A stretch of DNA of 64,000 nucleotides, taken from positions 4,184 to 68,183 of IMG/VR virus record IMGVR_UViG_3300040811_000825. One strand, written 5' to 3'. The notes under the pieces are model-generated. The model had not been told where the DNA came from. It did not search any database and was given only the letters and a program-made list of their open reading frames with translations. Each line of letters begins with the position of its first letter. Position 1 is the stretch's first letter. This stretch comes from a virus. Position numbers and translations under genes: made by a program. Positions 17,873-27,261 of this stretch are shown piece by piece.

Positions 17873-18641
17873 ATACCTCCATAATACCTTGTTCTAGTCC
17901 AATATAGTTTAAATCAATACTGTAATTTCCGCAATAGGCATTTCCCTTCTCATTTTTTTGGATGAGAATAGGAACCTGATGAGAATCGAGTCCATTCACC
18001 ATCTCTGCAATATCACTCAAATAATATTTACGATCATATACACAGTTTAAGTTCTTTGGTTGAATTCCAGATGACACTTCCAAACTATACTTCAGAACTT
18101 TATACAAATCCTTCACATAGAACAAGTCAAAGAGTTTATCTTGGAAGATTGTAATTGGCTCTTTGTTCTTATAATTTTTGATTGCTGTTTTTAAGAATCT
18201 ATGTTCATCTTCAAGAGCACCAAAGCATCCATAGATTTTTAAATTAGTTCCTCCAGGATGTTCTTCGGTAGACCTAGACATACAATACTTTGAAAATCCA
18301 TATGGTGTATGTGCAATTTTTCCACTACCGTACAAAGATGCTCCACTATCAAAATGAATAAAACGATCAACTTTATATGAGATGATGTTTTCAAACATTC
18401 TCATATTATCAAAGTAAACTAACAAGTCATCTTGAGAAACTCTGCGGCCACCCAAAACGGCAGCATGAACAACCGCATCATATTCAAAACCATTCTTATC
18501 AAAATATTCTCTTACTGACTTATTATCAATTAAATTGAGTTCTCTTGAAGATGGTGCAGTTACTTCAAATCCATCTCTTTTAAGAAGAGGAATAACTTCT
18601 CTGCCAATAAAACCGTTACCACCAGTAAAGAGAATTTTCAT
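17856..18641 (-). CDS. NAD-dependent epimerase/dehydratase
   Basis: TGGNGFIG and YGFSK motifs. Confidence 0.88.
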   Translation of the reverse strand: MKILFTGGNGFIGREVIPLLKRDGFEVTAPSSRELNLIDNKSVREYFDKNGFEYDAVVHAAVLGGRRVSQDDLLVYFDNMRMFENIISYKVDRFIHFDSGASLYGSGKIAHTPYGFSKYCMSRSTEEHPGGTNLKIYGCFGALEDEHRFLKTAIKNYKNKEPITIFQDKLFDLFYVKDLYKVLKYSLEVSSGIQPKNLNCVYDRKYYLSDIAEMVNGLDSHQVPILIQKNEKGNAYCGNYSIDLNYIGLEQGIMEVYESLR

Positions 18642-19108
18642 CGTTTGAGATTAATATAAGATGGTGACTTTGAATAAAGAAACTTTTCAATATCTACTTC
18701 TTCTTTTGATTCTGGTCGGAAGACTTCAATATTGGGAAGAGACTCAAGGACTTTCATATCCTCACAGGCATAGTGTGAGAATCCGCAGGGCCCATAATCA
18801 TCATTACGACCACTACCAACCAACTTAACGGGAATCTTTTCGTTATGCAAGAAGTTGCGAATAAATTCAAAGGGACGATACAGAACAAAAGGAGTAATGG
18901 AATAGCAAACAGGAATCTTACCTTCCATGGCAAGACCAACAGCCATACCCAACATTAATTGTTCTGCTGCGCCAGGATTAATTACTCGGTCTGGATAATC
19001 TTCACGCAAATGGTCAAAGATTTTATATCCAACATCCCCAACTAGAAGATAGATATTTTCATTTTTTTTCATCTCCTCTGTAAGGAGTTCTTGAAATCTG
19101 CGTCTCAT
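18638..19108 (-). CDS. Transketolase pyrimidine-binding subunit (short)
   Basis: GAAEQLMLGMAVGLA, RPFEFIR, GFSHYACED. Confidence 0.85.
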   Translation of the reverse strand: MRRRFQELLTEEMKKNENIYLLVGDVGYKIFDHLREDYPDRVINPGAAEQLMLGMAVGLAMEGKIPVCYSITPFVLYRPFEFIRNFLHNEKIPVKLVGSGRNDDYGPCGFSHYACEDMKVLESLPNIEVFRPESKEEVDIEKFLYSKSPSYINLKR

Positions 19109-19728
19109 AATCCTGCTACTGCCTCCGTATATTGTTCTTCTGTAAGGTTAGTATAGTGTGCGTCTAATCCAGAAAGACCAAACTGGTCCACAGTAGTCCT
19201 CACATAGACTACATCGGGGTGGAATGCCTTGACTCGTTTTTCCAGCACATCAACATCTACAGCGTCATAGGCTGCCCAACCATTAGCATTCAGGTAAATC
19301 TTCAGGTTATCTACCTTTGCATCATAGGCATAACGAAGTGCTTCCCATACAGAACCTTCTGCACACTCACCATCAGAAATAAGACAATATACATTCCGAT
19401 TTGGGTTAGCAACTGCTCTACCGACTGCAACAGTAATACCTTGTCCCAGGCTTCCAGTAGAACAATGCAACTTATTAAGTTCGTCTCTATGTGGATGATG
19501 TCCGTGCTTCTCTAAAAGTTCTTCAGCATCAATACCAAAGTATTTTTCAATAACAACATATAAAGCAGTTACACAGTGGCCACTAGAAAGGATGAAGATA
19601 TCGTCCTCACCCATTTTACTGTAAATGTCGTCAATAATTTCTAGGGAAGAGAAGTAACTTCCCAGATGATGGAGTTTGTGCTTGTAACAAACATCCAGTA
19701 GTCGTCTTTGTAGTTTTTTGTCCGTCAT
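19105..19728 (-). CDS. Transketolase N-terminal ThDP-binding subunit
   Basis: HHLGS, LSSGH, STGSLGQG, SDGECAEGSVWEA. Confidence 0.88.
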   Translation of the reverse strand: MTDKKLQRRLLDVCYKHKLHHLGSYFSSLEIIDDIYSKMGEDDIFILSSGHCVTALYVVIEKYFGIDAEELLEKHGHHPHRDELNKLHCSTGSLGQGITVAVGRAVANPNRNVYCLISDGECAEGSVWEALRYAYDAKVDNLKIYLNANGWAAYDAVDVDVLEKRVKAFHPDVVYVRTTVDQFGLSGLDAHYTNLTEEQYTEAVAGL

Positions 19729-21014
19729 TCAAATTTACCAACAGTATCTGCAATATAAGCAATCATCTCTTCAGTGATTGTGGGGGAACATCCAACGAAG
19801 AATACAAGGTCAAGAACCTCACAAGCATTTGGATACCTCTTGTAGTAATCAAGATGACTATATCCTGGGTGCATCAAGATATTACCAGCAAAGTAGTTAC
19901 GAGTTTGAATCTTATTTTCTTCAAGATACTTAGTTAACCTTTCTTTCAGGTCACCATTATCACAAATGATAGGAACACCAAACCAACTAGTCTCTGCCTC
20001 AGGTCGTTCATTCACGCTGCGAACACCAGGAATCTTCTCAAAGATTTCTTGAATCGCAAACTTATTCTTACGACGGAGAGCATGAATCTCATCTTGCTTA
20101 TCCATCTGAACGGAACCAAGAGCACCTTGAAAGTCCATGGGTTTGAGATTGTATCCCATCGTACTGTAGACATACTTATGGTCCACAATACCATCATACC
20201 TATCAATCCATTTATCAAATCGTTTTCCACAAACTCCACAAGAGAGAAGGTTCTGCTGACCAACACAATAGCAATCACGACCCCACCAAGCAATACTGCG
20301 AGCAATATTAATAATCTCTGGATTGTTAGAAGAGACCATACCACCTTCACCAGTACAAATATGGTGAGCTGGATAGAAAGAGCAAGAAGCAGCAACAGAA
20401 TTATCAGTCAGATAATTTCCCTTCCACTTACTACCAAGACTATCGCAGTTGTCAGAAATCAGTTCAAGTTTATGACGATCGCAGATATCAAGGATGATGT
20501 CATAATCAAATGGATTACCTAGAACTGGAGATGTAAAAAGTGCTTTAGTCCGTGGAGTAATCTTCTTCTCAATTTGGTCAATATTCCAGTTCAGGTCTTC
20601 CCAATTAATATCAACAAAGACTGGAGTCAGGCCATTCTGAACAATCGGAGCAATGGTAGTTGGAAACCCAACACATGAAACAATAATTTCATCTCCATCC
20701 TGCCAACCAAAATACTTTTTAAGGGCAGCAATCATTACAAGGTTTGCAGATGAACCAGAGTTCACCATCAAAGAATTTCCAAAATTAAACTTCTTGGAGA
20801 ATAGTCTCTCAAACTTCTCAACTTCTTCACCAGAAGCCAACCACTTACCTTTCAGAAAGCAGTTAAAGATTGCTTCAATTTCTTTATTGTCCCAGAAAGG
20901 ACCAGAGTAATATACGGAAGACTTTCCTGGAACAAACGGTCTCCCGTTGGCCATATAAGGATAAAGACCTTCTTCACCAGAGATGGACTCTAAAAAATCT
21001 TGTACTTGTTTCAT
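19725..21014 (-). CDS. RfbH/DdhC-like NDP-4-keto-6-deoxyhexose 3-dehydrase (DegT/DnrJ superfamily)
   Basis: VNSGSSANL; SFYPAHHICTGEGG (His in place of the PLP Lys); GRDCYC...CGKRF Fe-S motif. Confidence 0.85.
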   Translation of the reverse strand: MKQVQDFLESISGEEGLYPYMANGRPFVPGKSSVYYSGPFWDNKEIEAIFNCFLKGKWLASGEEVEKFERLFSKKFNFGNSLMVNSGSSANLVMIAALKKYFGWQDGDEIIVSCVGFPTTIAPIVQNGLTPVFVDINWEDLNWNIDQIEKKITPRTKALFTSPVLGNPFDYDIILDICDRHKLELISDNCDSLGSKWKGNYLTDNSVAASCSFYPAHHICTGEGGMVSSNNPEIINIARSIAWWGRDCYCVGQQNLLSCGVCGKRFDKWIDRYDGIVDHKYVYSTMGYNLKPMDFQGALGSVQMDKQDEIHALRRKNKFAIQEIFEKIPGVRSVNERPEAETSWFGVPIICDNGDLKERLTKYLEENKIQTRNYFAGNILMHPGYSHLDYYKRYPNACEVLDLVFFVGCSPTITEEMIAYIADTVGKFE

Positions 21015-21892
21015 CAGTCTCCTACAATAGAGCGAATGTGGTCTGCAACATCTTCACTAATTATACCATACAACCACTGATATTGGTCACCATATTCCTT
21101 AATGGTTTCCATAGTTCCCACACCAGCGGCATGAAGGACACTGGTTCTCAAAGGTTCTTTAGTCAGAGGATGATCAATATAAACTTCTCCATCTTTCATG
21201 TAAAGTTCTTTCCAACTCTCACAATGGCCAGTCTGTCCCCACTGGTTATAAATTCCATAAGTAACACCACTACCATCTCTATCTACAATCTCACTGGTGT
21301 ATTTCTCCTTAGCATGAAAAATATGATTCCAAGTATCTTGTTCATTACGAATCATAGGCCAAGGTTGATAGTTGAAAGTCCGACCATCACTCTGCTCAGC
21401 AACAAACTTATTAAAATCTCTCCACTCATACCAGAATGCTTTATCGTTTGATGCAACAAAACCTGCATTCAAAAACTCATTGACACCAATTGTTCCATTG
21501 TCTCCATAAGGAGCATAGAAAGGACTCACACAAGGACTGGCAGCACCTGCCTTACCATATGGATTATTGTTACGAACACCAATCAGTTCTGCTTCGGAGT
21601 TAATTACACGGTCAAGGCTGCCGATACAGAAAGAGTCAGCATCCATATGAATGACCATATCATAGTCTTCCACAAAGGGCAGACAAGACATCACCATCAT
21701 CCAATCTGGATATCTAACGGTCTCAGCAAGCATCCAAGGATTCTCTTTCTTGATCTCCTCAGTCTGTGCTGTATCTACAATATGAAAATCAATCTCTGGA
21801 TGAAAGTGATTTACAAGTTTTTTAAGTTTGTCGGGACGAAGATGTACTGCATAGTCATCAGTACACCAAGTTGATACTGCGATCTTTTTCAT
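21014..21892 (-). CDS. GT-A fold glycosyltransferase (GT8-like)
   Basis: HMDAD, FLNAGF, NEQD, LHAAG. Confidence 0.75.
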   Translation of the reverse strand: MKKIAVSTWCTDDYAVHLRPDKLKKLVNHFHPEIDFHIVDTAQTEEIKKENPWMLAETVRYPDWMMVMSCLPFVEDYDMVIHMDADSFCIGSLDRVINSEAELIGVRNNNPYGKAGAASPCVSPFYAPYGDNGTIGVNEFLNAGFVASNDKAFWYEWRDFNKFVAEQSDGRTFNYQPWPMIRNEQDTWNHIFHAKEKYTSEIVDRDGSGVTYGIYNQWGQTGHCESWKELYMKDGEVYIDHPLTKEPLRTSVLHAAGVGTMETIKEYGDQYQWLYGIISEDVADHIRSIVGD

Positions 21893-22683
21893 TTTTTAAA
21901 TGGATAATCAATAACCAACCAGCGGTTGCCATTAGCGGCACAATTTGTTTGTGTAATGTTATTCATACGAATATCATGATAGAAGAGTTTTGGTTGAATC
22001 CTCTTCGCCACACTATCGACAAGGCAGAAGAAACTGCTGTTGACACAGTGAATCTCTTTTGCATTCTCAATCAGTTTCATATAGGCCAACATATTAGTTG
22101 TCTGACCTAGAGCAATCTCAATGATCTTAGTATCGGGAATAGCACCAATCTGATTGCGTCTCCAACTCCAGAGATCGATGGGATAGTCTCCCTCTGCACT
22201 AGAGTTCTTATGTACGATAATATACTCCTCTTCACCCTGAGTCAAGTTCTCATAGACCTCATCAGAACCAGGAATTTCTTTGGGAAGAGTGAACTTATCA
22301 TATCGTTCTTTGAAGAGAATGTTTGCTTCTTCATAGAACTGTCTATCAAAGTTTACTGCAAAGAATTCTGGTGGAGTATTTTCTCTCTTTAGATGACGAT
22401 AGTAAACTTTCTCAAATCCAATACGTGTGACGGGCCATCCTTTCTCTTGTGCCCAAGGAAACATCTCTCGCTCAAGAGTTGCCCAATCATCATTAAATGG
22501 ATGGATAATGATATTGTCAAAATCCTGATAGAGACATTCAATTGTCTCCTGATACCTACGATGAATGGGAATGTGAAGTCTATCGCAGAGTTGTTCTGCA
22601 TAGGTATGAACAATACCATTACAGATAAAATTGTCACCAAGTGATGTATGGTGATGAAAAACTAAGTCAGGTACTTTATTCAT
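21889..22683 (-). CDS. Putative GT-B-type glycosyltransferase
   Basis: HHTSLGD N-terminus; IHCVNSSF; located in the glycan island. Confidence 0.55.
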   Translation of the reverse strand: MNKVPDLVFHHHTSLGDNFICNGIVHTYAEQLCDRLHIPIHRRYQETIECLYQDFDNIIIHPFNDDWATLEREMFPWAQEKGWPVTRIGFEKVYYRHLKRENTPPEFFAVNFDRQFYEEANILFKERYDKFTLPKEIPGSDEVYENLTQGEEEYIIVHKNSSAEGDYPIDLWSWRRNQIGAIPDTKIIEIALGQTTNMLAYMKLIENAKEIHCVNSSFFCLVDSVAKRIQPKLFYHDIRMNNITQTNCAANGNRWLVIDYPFKK

Positions 22684-23252
22684 AAGATTATTAATGATGC
22701 TTGTTCATACGATGTTCGGGAAATCCACTTATACTTTATATTAGTTCTTTCTACAAATTCTGTCCAGGCTTTCATTTCACTATTCAGATAAACTGGATTG
22801 TTCCAAATTTCATCAAAAGATATAACTGTTCCTGAAACAATTCTAGATTCTAATTGATCTAAAACATACTTGGTTGAAGAATACAAGTCACAATCAATAT
22901 GAATATATGCTGCTGGATAAGAGTATTCCTCTAAAAATGATTCCAGAGTGTCTTGGAATAGTCCAACAATTAATTCAACATTATCATTAACTTCTGGAAG
23001 TTTTCCATCTTGAGAGAAAGCACCCTTTGCTTGCCAACCATCATCCCAATCTTCTGGAAGACCTGTAAAGGTGTCAAATCCAAATACTTTACCCTCTGCT
23101 TTCTCTGAAATGATGTTGATAGTTCTACCAGTAGCAACTCCAAACTCCAACCAAAGTCCACCGATTTCTACATTATCAATAGTTTTATAAAAGTATTCTT
23201 TACTATTCCAATTGTATGGACTTAGTGCTTTAATTTCATCTACGTTATTCAA
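22680..23252 (-). CDS. TylF/MycF-like O-methyltransferase
   Basis: LEFGVATG, GFDTFTGLPE, IHIDCDLYSS, FDE. Confidence 0.88.
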   Translation of the reverse strand: MNNVDEIKALSPYNWNSKEYFYKTIDNVEIGGLWLEFGVATGRTINIISEKAEGKVFGFDTFTGLPEDWDDGWQAKGAFSQDGKLPEVNDNVELIVGLFQDTLESFLEEYSYPAAYIHIDCDLYSSTKYVLDQLESRIVSGTVISFDEIWNNPVYLNSEMKAWTEFVERTNIKYKWISRTSYEQASLIIL

Positions 23253-24111
23253 GATCTATTGCTCCCACTTCATTGAATTGATAAACGCCATCTAGGTTAC
23301 CCCGATACAAGTTTGCAAAGAATGCAACGTTACCAGTGTGATTAACCATGTATCGACAATCAGATACACATCGCAGAGCAGCGTCAAACCACTGCGACCA
23401 TTCAATACTATCTGCACCATTCTTCTCCATCAGATTCCAAATCACACTGTTGGATGTAGTGCTTGGAGTTTCTTCAAAGAAGACTACCTTATCACCCAGT
23501 GCCTCAACAAACATTTGAATGACTTGAGTTTGATCCGTTTGAAGAAGAACCTTGAAATCTGGATTCTTTTCAAGCAGTCTCTGAGTTACATTCAAATAGT
23601 CTTGGGGGTGTGCAAGAACAAGTTCTGTTCCTTTATCAGTTCCACGATAAAGAACAGAGATTGTCTTATCTGGGTCAAGTGAATACTTAGACTTTAAGAC
23701 ATCAACTTTATCCAAGACACTCTTACTAGGGCCAAAAAACCTATCAGTAATTTGATTGTAGATATGAAAATCGTAGATGTTTGGTTCAAACTTATTAGAA
23801 TCTGGAAGTTCTACACCTGCATACAATTCCAAATCTACCTTAGGATTAATCTCATGGAAGTCGGGATAGATATCTTGCTCTGGATCTTTCTTGAAATGAC
23901 GAAACCCCAGAGAGTAATCGATTCTCTCTGGGACAATACCATGACTCAAAAGGGTAAGAAGTGAATTGAATACTTGAAATTCATTGGAATAGAATCCACA
24001 ATTCCAGAGACAATAGAGTTCATCCAATTCTGGATGAGCCAAAAGGTCACACCCAGCGTATCTACCAGTAGTACCACTGGCAACCACATACTTACAATTC
24101 TGAAGTCTCAT
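23245..24111 (-). CDS. NodZ/fucosyltransferase-like protein
   Basis: CGFYSN, VLYRGTDK, LLQTD motifs, parallel to the N-terminal domain of 14572..16116. Confidence 0.65.
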   Translation of the reverse strand: MRLQNCKYVVASGTTGRYAGCDLLAHPELDELYCLWNCGFYSNEFQVFNSLLTLLSHGIVPERIDYSLGFRHFKKDPEQDIYPDFHEINPKVDLELYAGVELPDSNKFEPNIYDFHIYNQITDRFFGPSKSVLDKVDVLKSKYSLDPDKTISVLYRGTDKGTELVLAHPQDYLNVTQRLLEKNPDFKVLLQTDQTQVIQMFVEALGDKVVFFEETPSTTSNSVIWNLMEKNGADSIEWSQWFDAALRCVSDCRYMVNHTGNVAFFANLYRGNLDGVYQFNEVGAIDLE

Positions 24112-24770
24112 TATGCACCAACAACGTAATTACGGACTTTCTCCTCTTCAGTAGAGACAGGGAAGCAGATCAGATAACCTTCTTGAAGATAAGACTCAAC
24201 AATAATGTGAGTGTCATCAAGCAGTTCATAAACAAAGTCCAAGTTTGCTCCACCGTGCAGGGCCTTGTTCTCAAAGTTTCCGTTCTCGTAAGGACCATCT
24301 TTGTAAATACGGATGTCATCAATAACAATAATGTCCTTGCTCACATCACGCTTCTGACACAAGATGCGAAGTTCTCCTTCCAGAGGAATCTTAATGTAGT
24401 CAGGATCATCACGAATCACTTCACGATGAAACTCATCCCGATATGAATCGGGGAAGTGTGCATCAAGGAAGAACAGTGCAGGATTCTCATCCAGAATATC
24501 TAGAACCTTAGGAAGTTCATCATGGCTGTTGCCCAGATGCATCACCACACGATCATTATCTTTGAAATATTCTGCTGCCTCATCATGAATACGATCAAGA
24601 ATCTCAATCGAATGCATTGTCAAGTCAGGTTTCTGCAGTTGAGACACCTGAAGTAGAGAATTTTGACCATAGGAATCTAGAATACCACCAGTTCCTGTTT
24701 CGACATAATGTTGAATACCAAAGTCCTCAAAAGTTGGACGAAGGTTAATTGCGTTTTGTAGTTTTGCCAT
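24111..24770 (-). CDS. Putative SAM-dependent methyltransferase
   Basis: YVETGT, SIEI, GNS, FFLDAH, IVIDD. Confidence 0.7.
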   Translation of the reverse strand: MAKLQNAINLRPTFEDFGIQHYVETGTGGILDSYGQNSLLQVSQLQKPDLTMHSIEILDRIHDEAAEYFKDNDRVVMHLGNSHDELPKVLDILDENPALFFLDAHFPDSYRDEFHREVIRDDPDYIKIPLEGELRILCQKRDVSKDIIVIDDIRIYKDGPYENGNFENKALHGGANLDFVYELLDDTHIIVESYLQEGYLICFPVSTEEEKVRNYVVGA

Positions 24771-25825
24771 CAGAGGTGTCCTTTTTTGTTTTCAATTTGT
24801 TCTTTGATCCAATTATACGTGATACGGATCCCTTCTTCAAGTGTTTGTGAATAGTCCCATCCAAGTTTTTCGCGAATCAGGTCGTTATTAGAGTTCCGAC
24901 CACGAACACCCAGAGGACCATCAATGTGAATCTTTTGAACTTCCTTACCAGATACTTTTGCTGCAGTATCTACAAGTTCGTTGATAGTAACCATCTCTTC
25001 AGACCCAATATTCACAGGACCCATAAAGTCAGAGTCCATCAGTCGTCGAGTTGCTTCAATGCATTCGTCAATGAACAAGAAGGAACGAGTCTGTAAGCCA
25101 TCTCCCCACACTTCGATAGCTCCACCTGCCTCTGGGAGGTAAGCGACTTTACGGCAGATTGCAGCTGGTGCTTTCTCTCTTCCACCGTCCCAGGTTCCTT
25201 CAGGGCCAAAGATGTTGTGATACCTAGCAATGCGAACAGGGATATCGTGGTTCCTATTGTAAGCAAGGTAGAGTCTCTCACTGAAGAGTTTCTCCCATCC
25301 ATATTCTGAGTCTGGTGCTGCTGGGTATGCAGATTCTTCACGGCAATCAGGATTATCTGGATCAAGTTGATTATGCTCTGGATACATGCAAGCAGAACCA
25401 GAGTAGAAAATCTTTGTCTTATTTCCTACAACCTCATTAAACTTACGCTGTTCCTCAAGAACATTCAAGTTGATGGTGACAGAGTTATGCATGATGTCCG
25501 CATCGTTCTCTCCAGTGAAAACGAAACCTGCACCACCCATATCAGCTGCAAACTGATAGATCTCATCAAAAGCGAGATGATATCTATCAGGAACAGACTC
25601 ATAAAAGTTCCCATTGTCACCTTTGAATCGGATAACACGACGAACAAATTCCACATCACGAAGATCACCTGTGATGAATTCGTTTGCTTCAGATTTAGAA
25701 AACTCAGTATGCTTTAGGTCAACTCCACGAACCCAATATCCCTCTGCGCGTAGTCGTTTGACCATGTGACTTCCAATAAATCCACCAGCACCAAGCACCA
25801 GTGCTGTTTTTTTATATTCAGACAT
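24770..25825 (-). CDS. NAD-dependent nucleotide-sugar epimerase (GDP-mannose 3,5-epimerase-like, WcaG family)
   Basis: GAGGFIGSH, AADMGGAG, SACMYP, YGWEK, GGREKAPAAICRK, GVRGRNS. Confidence 0.92.
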   Translation of the reverse strand: MSEYKKTALVLGAGGFIGSHMVKRLRAEGYWVRGVDLKHTEFSKSEANEFITGDLRDVEFVRRVIRFKGDNGNFYESVPDRYHLAFDEIYQFAADMGGAGFVFTGENDADIMHNSVTINLNVLEEQRKFNEVVGNKTKIFYSGSACMYPEHNQLDPDNPDCREESAYPAAPDSEYGWEKLFSERLYLAYNRNHDIPVRIARYHNIFGPEGTWDGGREKAPAAICRKVAYLPEAGGAIEVWGDGLQTRSFLFIDECIEATRRLMDSDFMGPVNIGSEEMVTINELVDTAAKVSGKEVQKIHIDGPLGVRGRNSNNDLIREKLGWDYSQTLEEGIRITYNWIKEQIENKKGHL

Positions 25826-25857
25826 TATCTAAAAAGTTTCTTCTTATATATGATACT

Positions 25858-25886
25858 AAAAAAGACCCTTGTTGTCAAGGGTCTTT
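25858..25886 (-). terminator. Terminator hairpin that also carries a -35 (TTGACA-N17-TATCAT) for the glycan operon
   Basis: AAAGACCCTTG-acaa-CAAGGGTCTTT-TTT. Confidence 0.75.
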
Positions 25887-25895
25887 ATAGGTCTT

Positions 25896-25988
25896 TGCAG
25901 GCTCGCCACTTGCTTTTTATCCTGAAGCAAGAAACAGGGCGGGAGTTATCCCATCCGCACCACTTGCTTTTAGAAGAAGCAAGAAACT
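25896..25988 (-). ncRNA. Structured RNA of wcaG/manA type
   Basis: Two units GTTTCTTGCTTC..AAAAGCAAG-TGGYG flank a GCGGATGGG..CCCGC stem, upstream of a WcaG-family gene. Exact Rfam family not verified. Confidence 0.7.
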
Positions 25989-26185
25989 CAGAAACTCAGT
26001 TTTCTTTGCAATCTTTGGATTAGGTCCTCAACCTTAGCTTCAAGTGCTGCGAGTCTGTCTCCATCTACTTCTCCACCGCCACCTAGTGCTGCTTCAAGTT
26101 TCTGAAGTCTTTCTTCTACTTCAACATCATATTTTGACATCGATGCACCACTTGCAGACTTTGCTGCTGTTCCTTTTGTTGCCAT
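25988..26185 (-). CDS. Hypothetical coiled-coil protein (65 aa)
   Basis: ORF track; CTAAATA upstream. Confidence 0.75.
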   Translation of the reverse strand: MATKGTAAKSASGASMSKYDVEVEERLQKLEAALGGGGEVDGDRLAALEAKVEDLIQRLQRKLSF

Positions 26186-26221
26186 GTTACTAATGAATTA
26201 ACTCTGTGTTTATTTAGTTTT

Positions 26222-26325
26222 TAGAGGGTCTTATGACTCCACCAGTGCTGTTATAGTCCATCCGTGACTTCGGGATTGAAGGGGTTCCTTCACCGACCAG
26301 GGTTTTTAACGACTCTCCATGTCGG
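26222..26325 (-). ncRNA. Structured RNA of manA/wcaG type
   Basis: Units GAC-atggaga-GTC..CTGGTCGG and GTC-acggatg-GAC..CTGGTGG; internal TGAAGG..CCTTCA stem. Confidence 0.6.
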
Positions 26326-26557
26326 ACGAAACTTCGTCTTTAATGTAACAAGGAACACGATCTGGATCTAGCCATTTCGTGTATTCAAAATCTTCTATAG
26401 CAGTCAGAAGTTGCATCTGATTGTCTAGAAGATACATGTCCTTATAACGCTTTGTCCAACTATCTGCTTTTTGAATACGGTAATCTGGCATACCATTGAT
26501 TTCTAGTGTGCCAGACTCAACGTAACGATAAGGGAAGCGTTCTAAAAGAACCTTCAC
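26306..26557 (-). CDS. Hypothetical protein
   Basis: ORF track; GTGA overlap; 3' end overlaps the RNA motif. Confidence 0.75.
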   Translation of the reverse strand: MKVLLERFPYRYVESGTLEINGMPDYRIQKADSWTKRYKDMYLLDNQMQLLTAIEDFEYTKWLDPDRVPCYIKDEVSSDMESR

Positions 26558-26769
26558 GCTACCTCCACAGATTCAAGATCAGCGGCAACTTGCTCGATCA
26601 GAATATCATAATCATCAAGGGGATCGCCAGAGAAGACGACTCCTTCATTTTCATAATAACGACGGACCTTTTTGAGAAGTTTCGGATTCTTCACATCCAG
26701 GAAGAAGTCACCATTTACAGCACCACGAAGGGTTTGAATGTCTTTCTTGAACTTACTAGTCAGTGTCAT
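26554..26769 (-). CDS. Hypothetical protein
   Basis: Start moved to MTLTSKFKK. Confidence 0.75.
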   Translation of the reverse strand: MTLTSKFKKDIQTLRGAVNGDFFLDVKNPKLLKKVRRYYENEGVVFSGDPLDDYDILIEQVAADLESVEVA

Positions 26770-26820
26770 TGTTTTGTGTGTTGACCTTAGTATTATAAGG
26801 GTTTGACAGAGAACTGTCAA

Positions 26821-26893
26821 TGGGGGATGAGGGGATCGAACCCACCTCAGCCGAATTATGAGTTCGGTGCATTCACCAGATTGCTAATCCCCC
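26821..26893 (-). tRNA. tRNA with CAT anticodon (elongator Met or Ile2)
   Basis: Cloverleaf; CCGAA-CTCATAA-TTCGG; G1-C72 pair, so not an initiator. Confidence 0.9.
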
Positions 26894-26968
26894 TGGTAGG
26901 AATGTCGGGAATTGAACCCGATTGACTCCGTTATAAGCAGAGCGCATTAACCAATATGCGACATTCCC
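26894..26968 (-). tRNA. tRNA-Ile(TAT), CCA encoded
   Basis: CTCTG-CTTATAA-CGGAG; GGTTCAATTCC T-arm. Confidence 0.9.
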
Positions 26969-27154
26969 TCAAGGAGCTTCATTGTTGGTTTCCATATACA
27001 TGCGTATGAGTTCATCATCCGCAGGAACCATTATACATTTTTCTCCCGTTTCTTTATTTTCTATACCTATCGTTTCTCCATTTTCCACTCTTGCAATCAG
27101 CGAATCCCAGTTCTCTTGCCAGTATTCCACAGAATAAAAATTCATCGTTGTCAT
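26969..27154 (-). CDS. Hypothetical protein
   Basis: ORF track; lies between tRNAs. Confidence 0.7.
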   Translation of the reverse strand: MTTMNFYSVEYWQENWDSLIARVENGETIGIENKETGEKCIMVPADDELIRMYMETNNEAP

Positions 27155-27163
27155 ATTTAGACA

Positions 27164-27235
27164 TCGGGGTAGCAGGGATCGAACCTGCGACCTGCTGTTC
27201 CCAAAACAGCCGCGCTACCTCTGCGCTATACCCCG
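27164..27235 (-). tRNA. tRNA-Pro(TGG)
   Basis: GCTGT-TTTGGGA-ACAGC; TTGACA-N17-TATAAT upstream. Confidence 0.93.
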
Positions 27236-27261
27236 TTATTGTTTATCTGATAATTATAACC

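Noticed and set aside
26803-26820. Inverted repeat TTGACAG-agaa-CTGTCAA
   Set aside because: Explained as a -35 element in a short hairpin after the tRNA; no further structure
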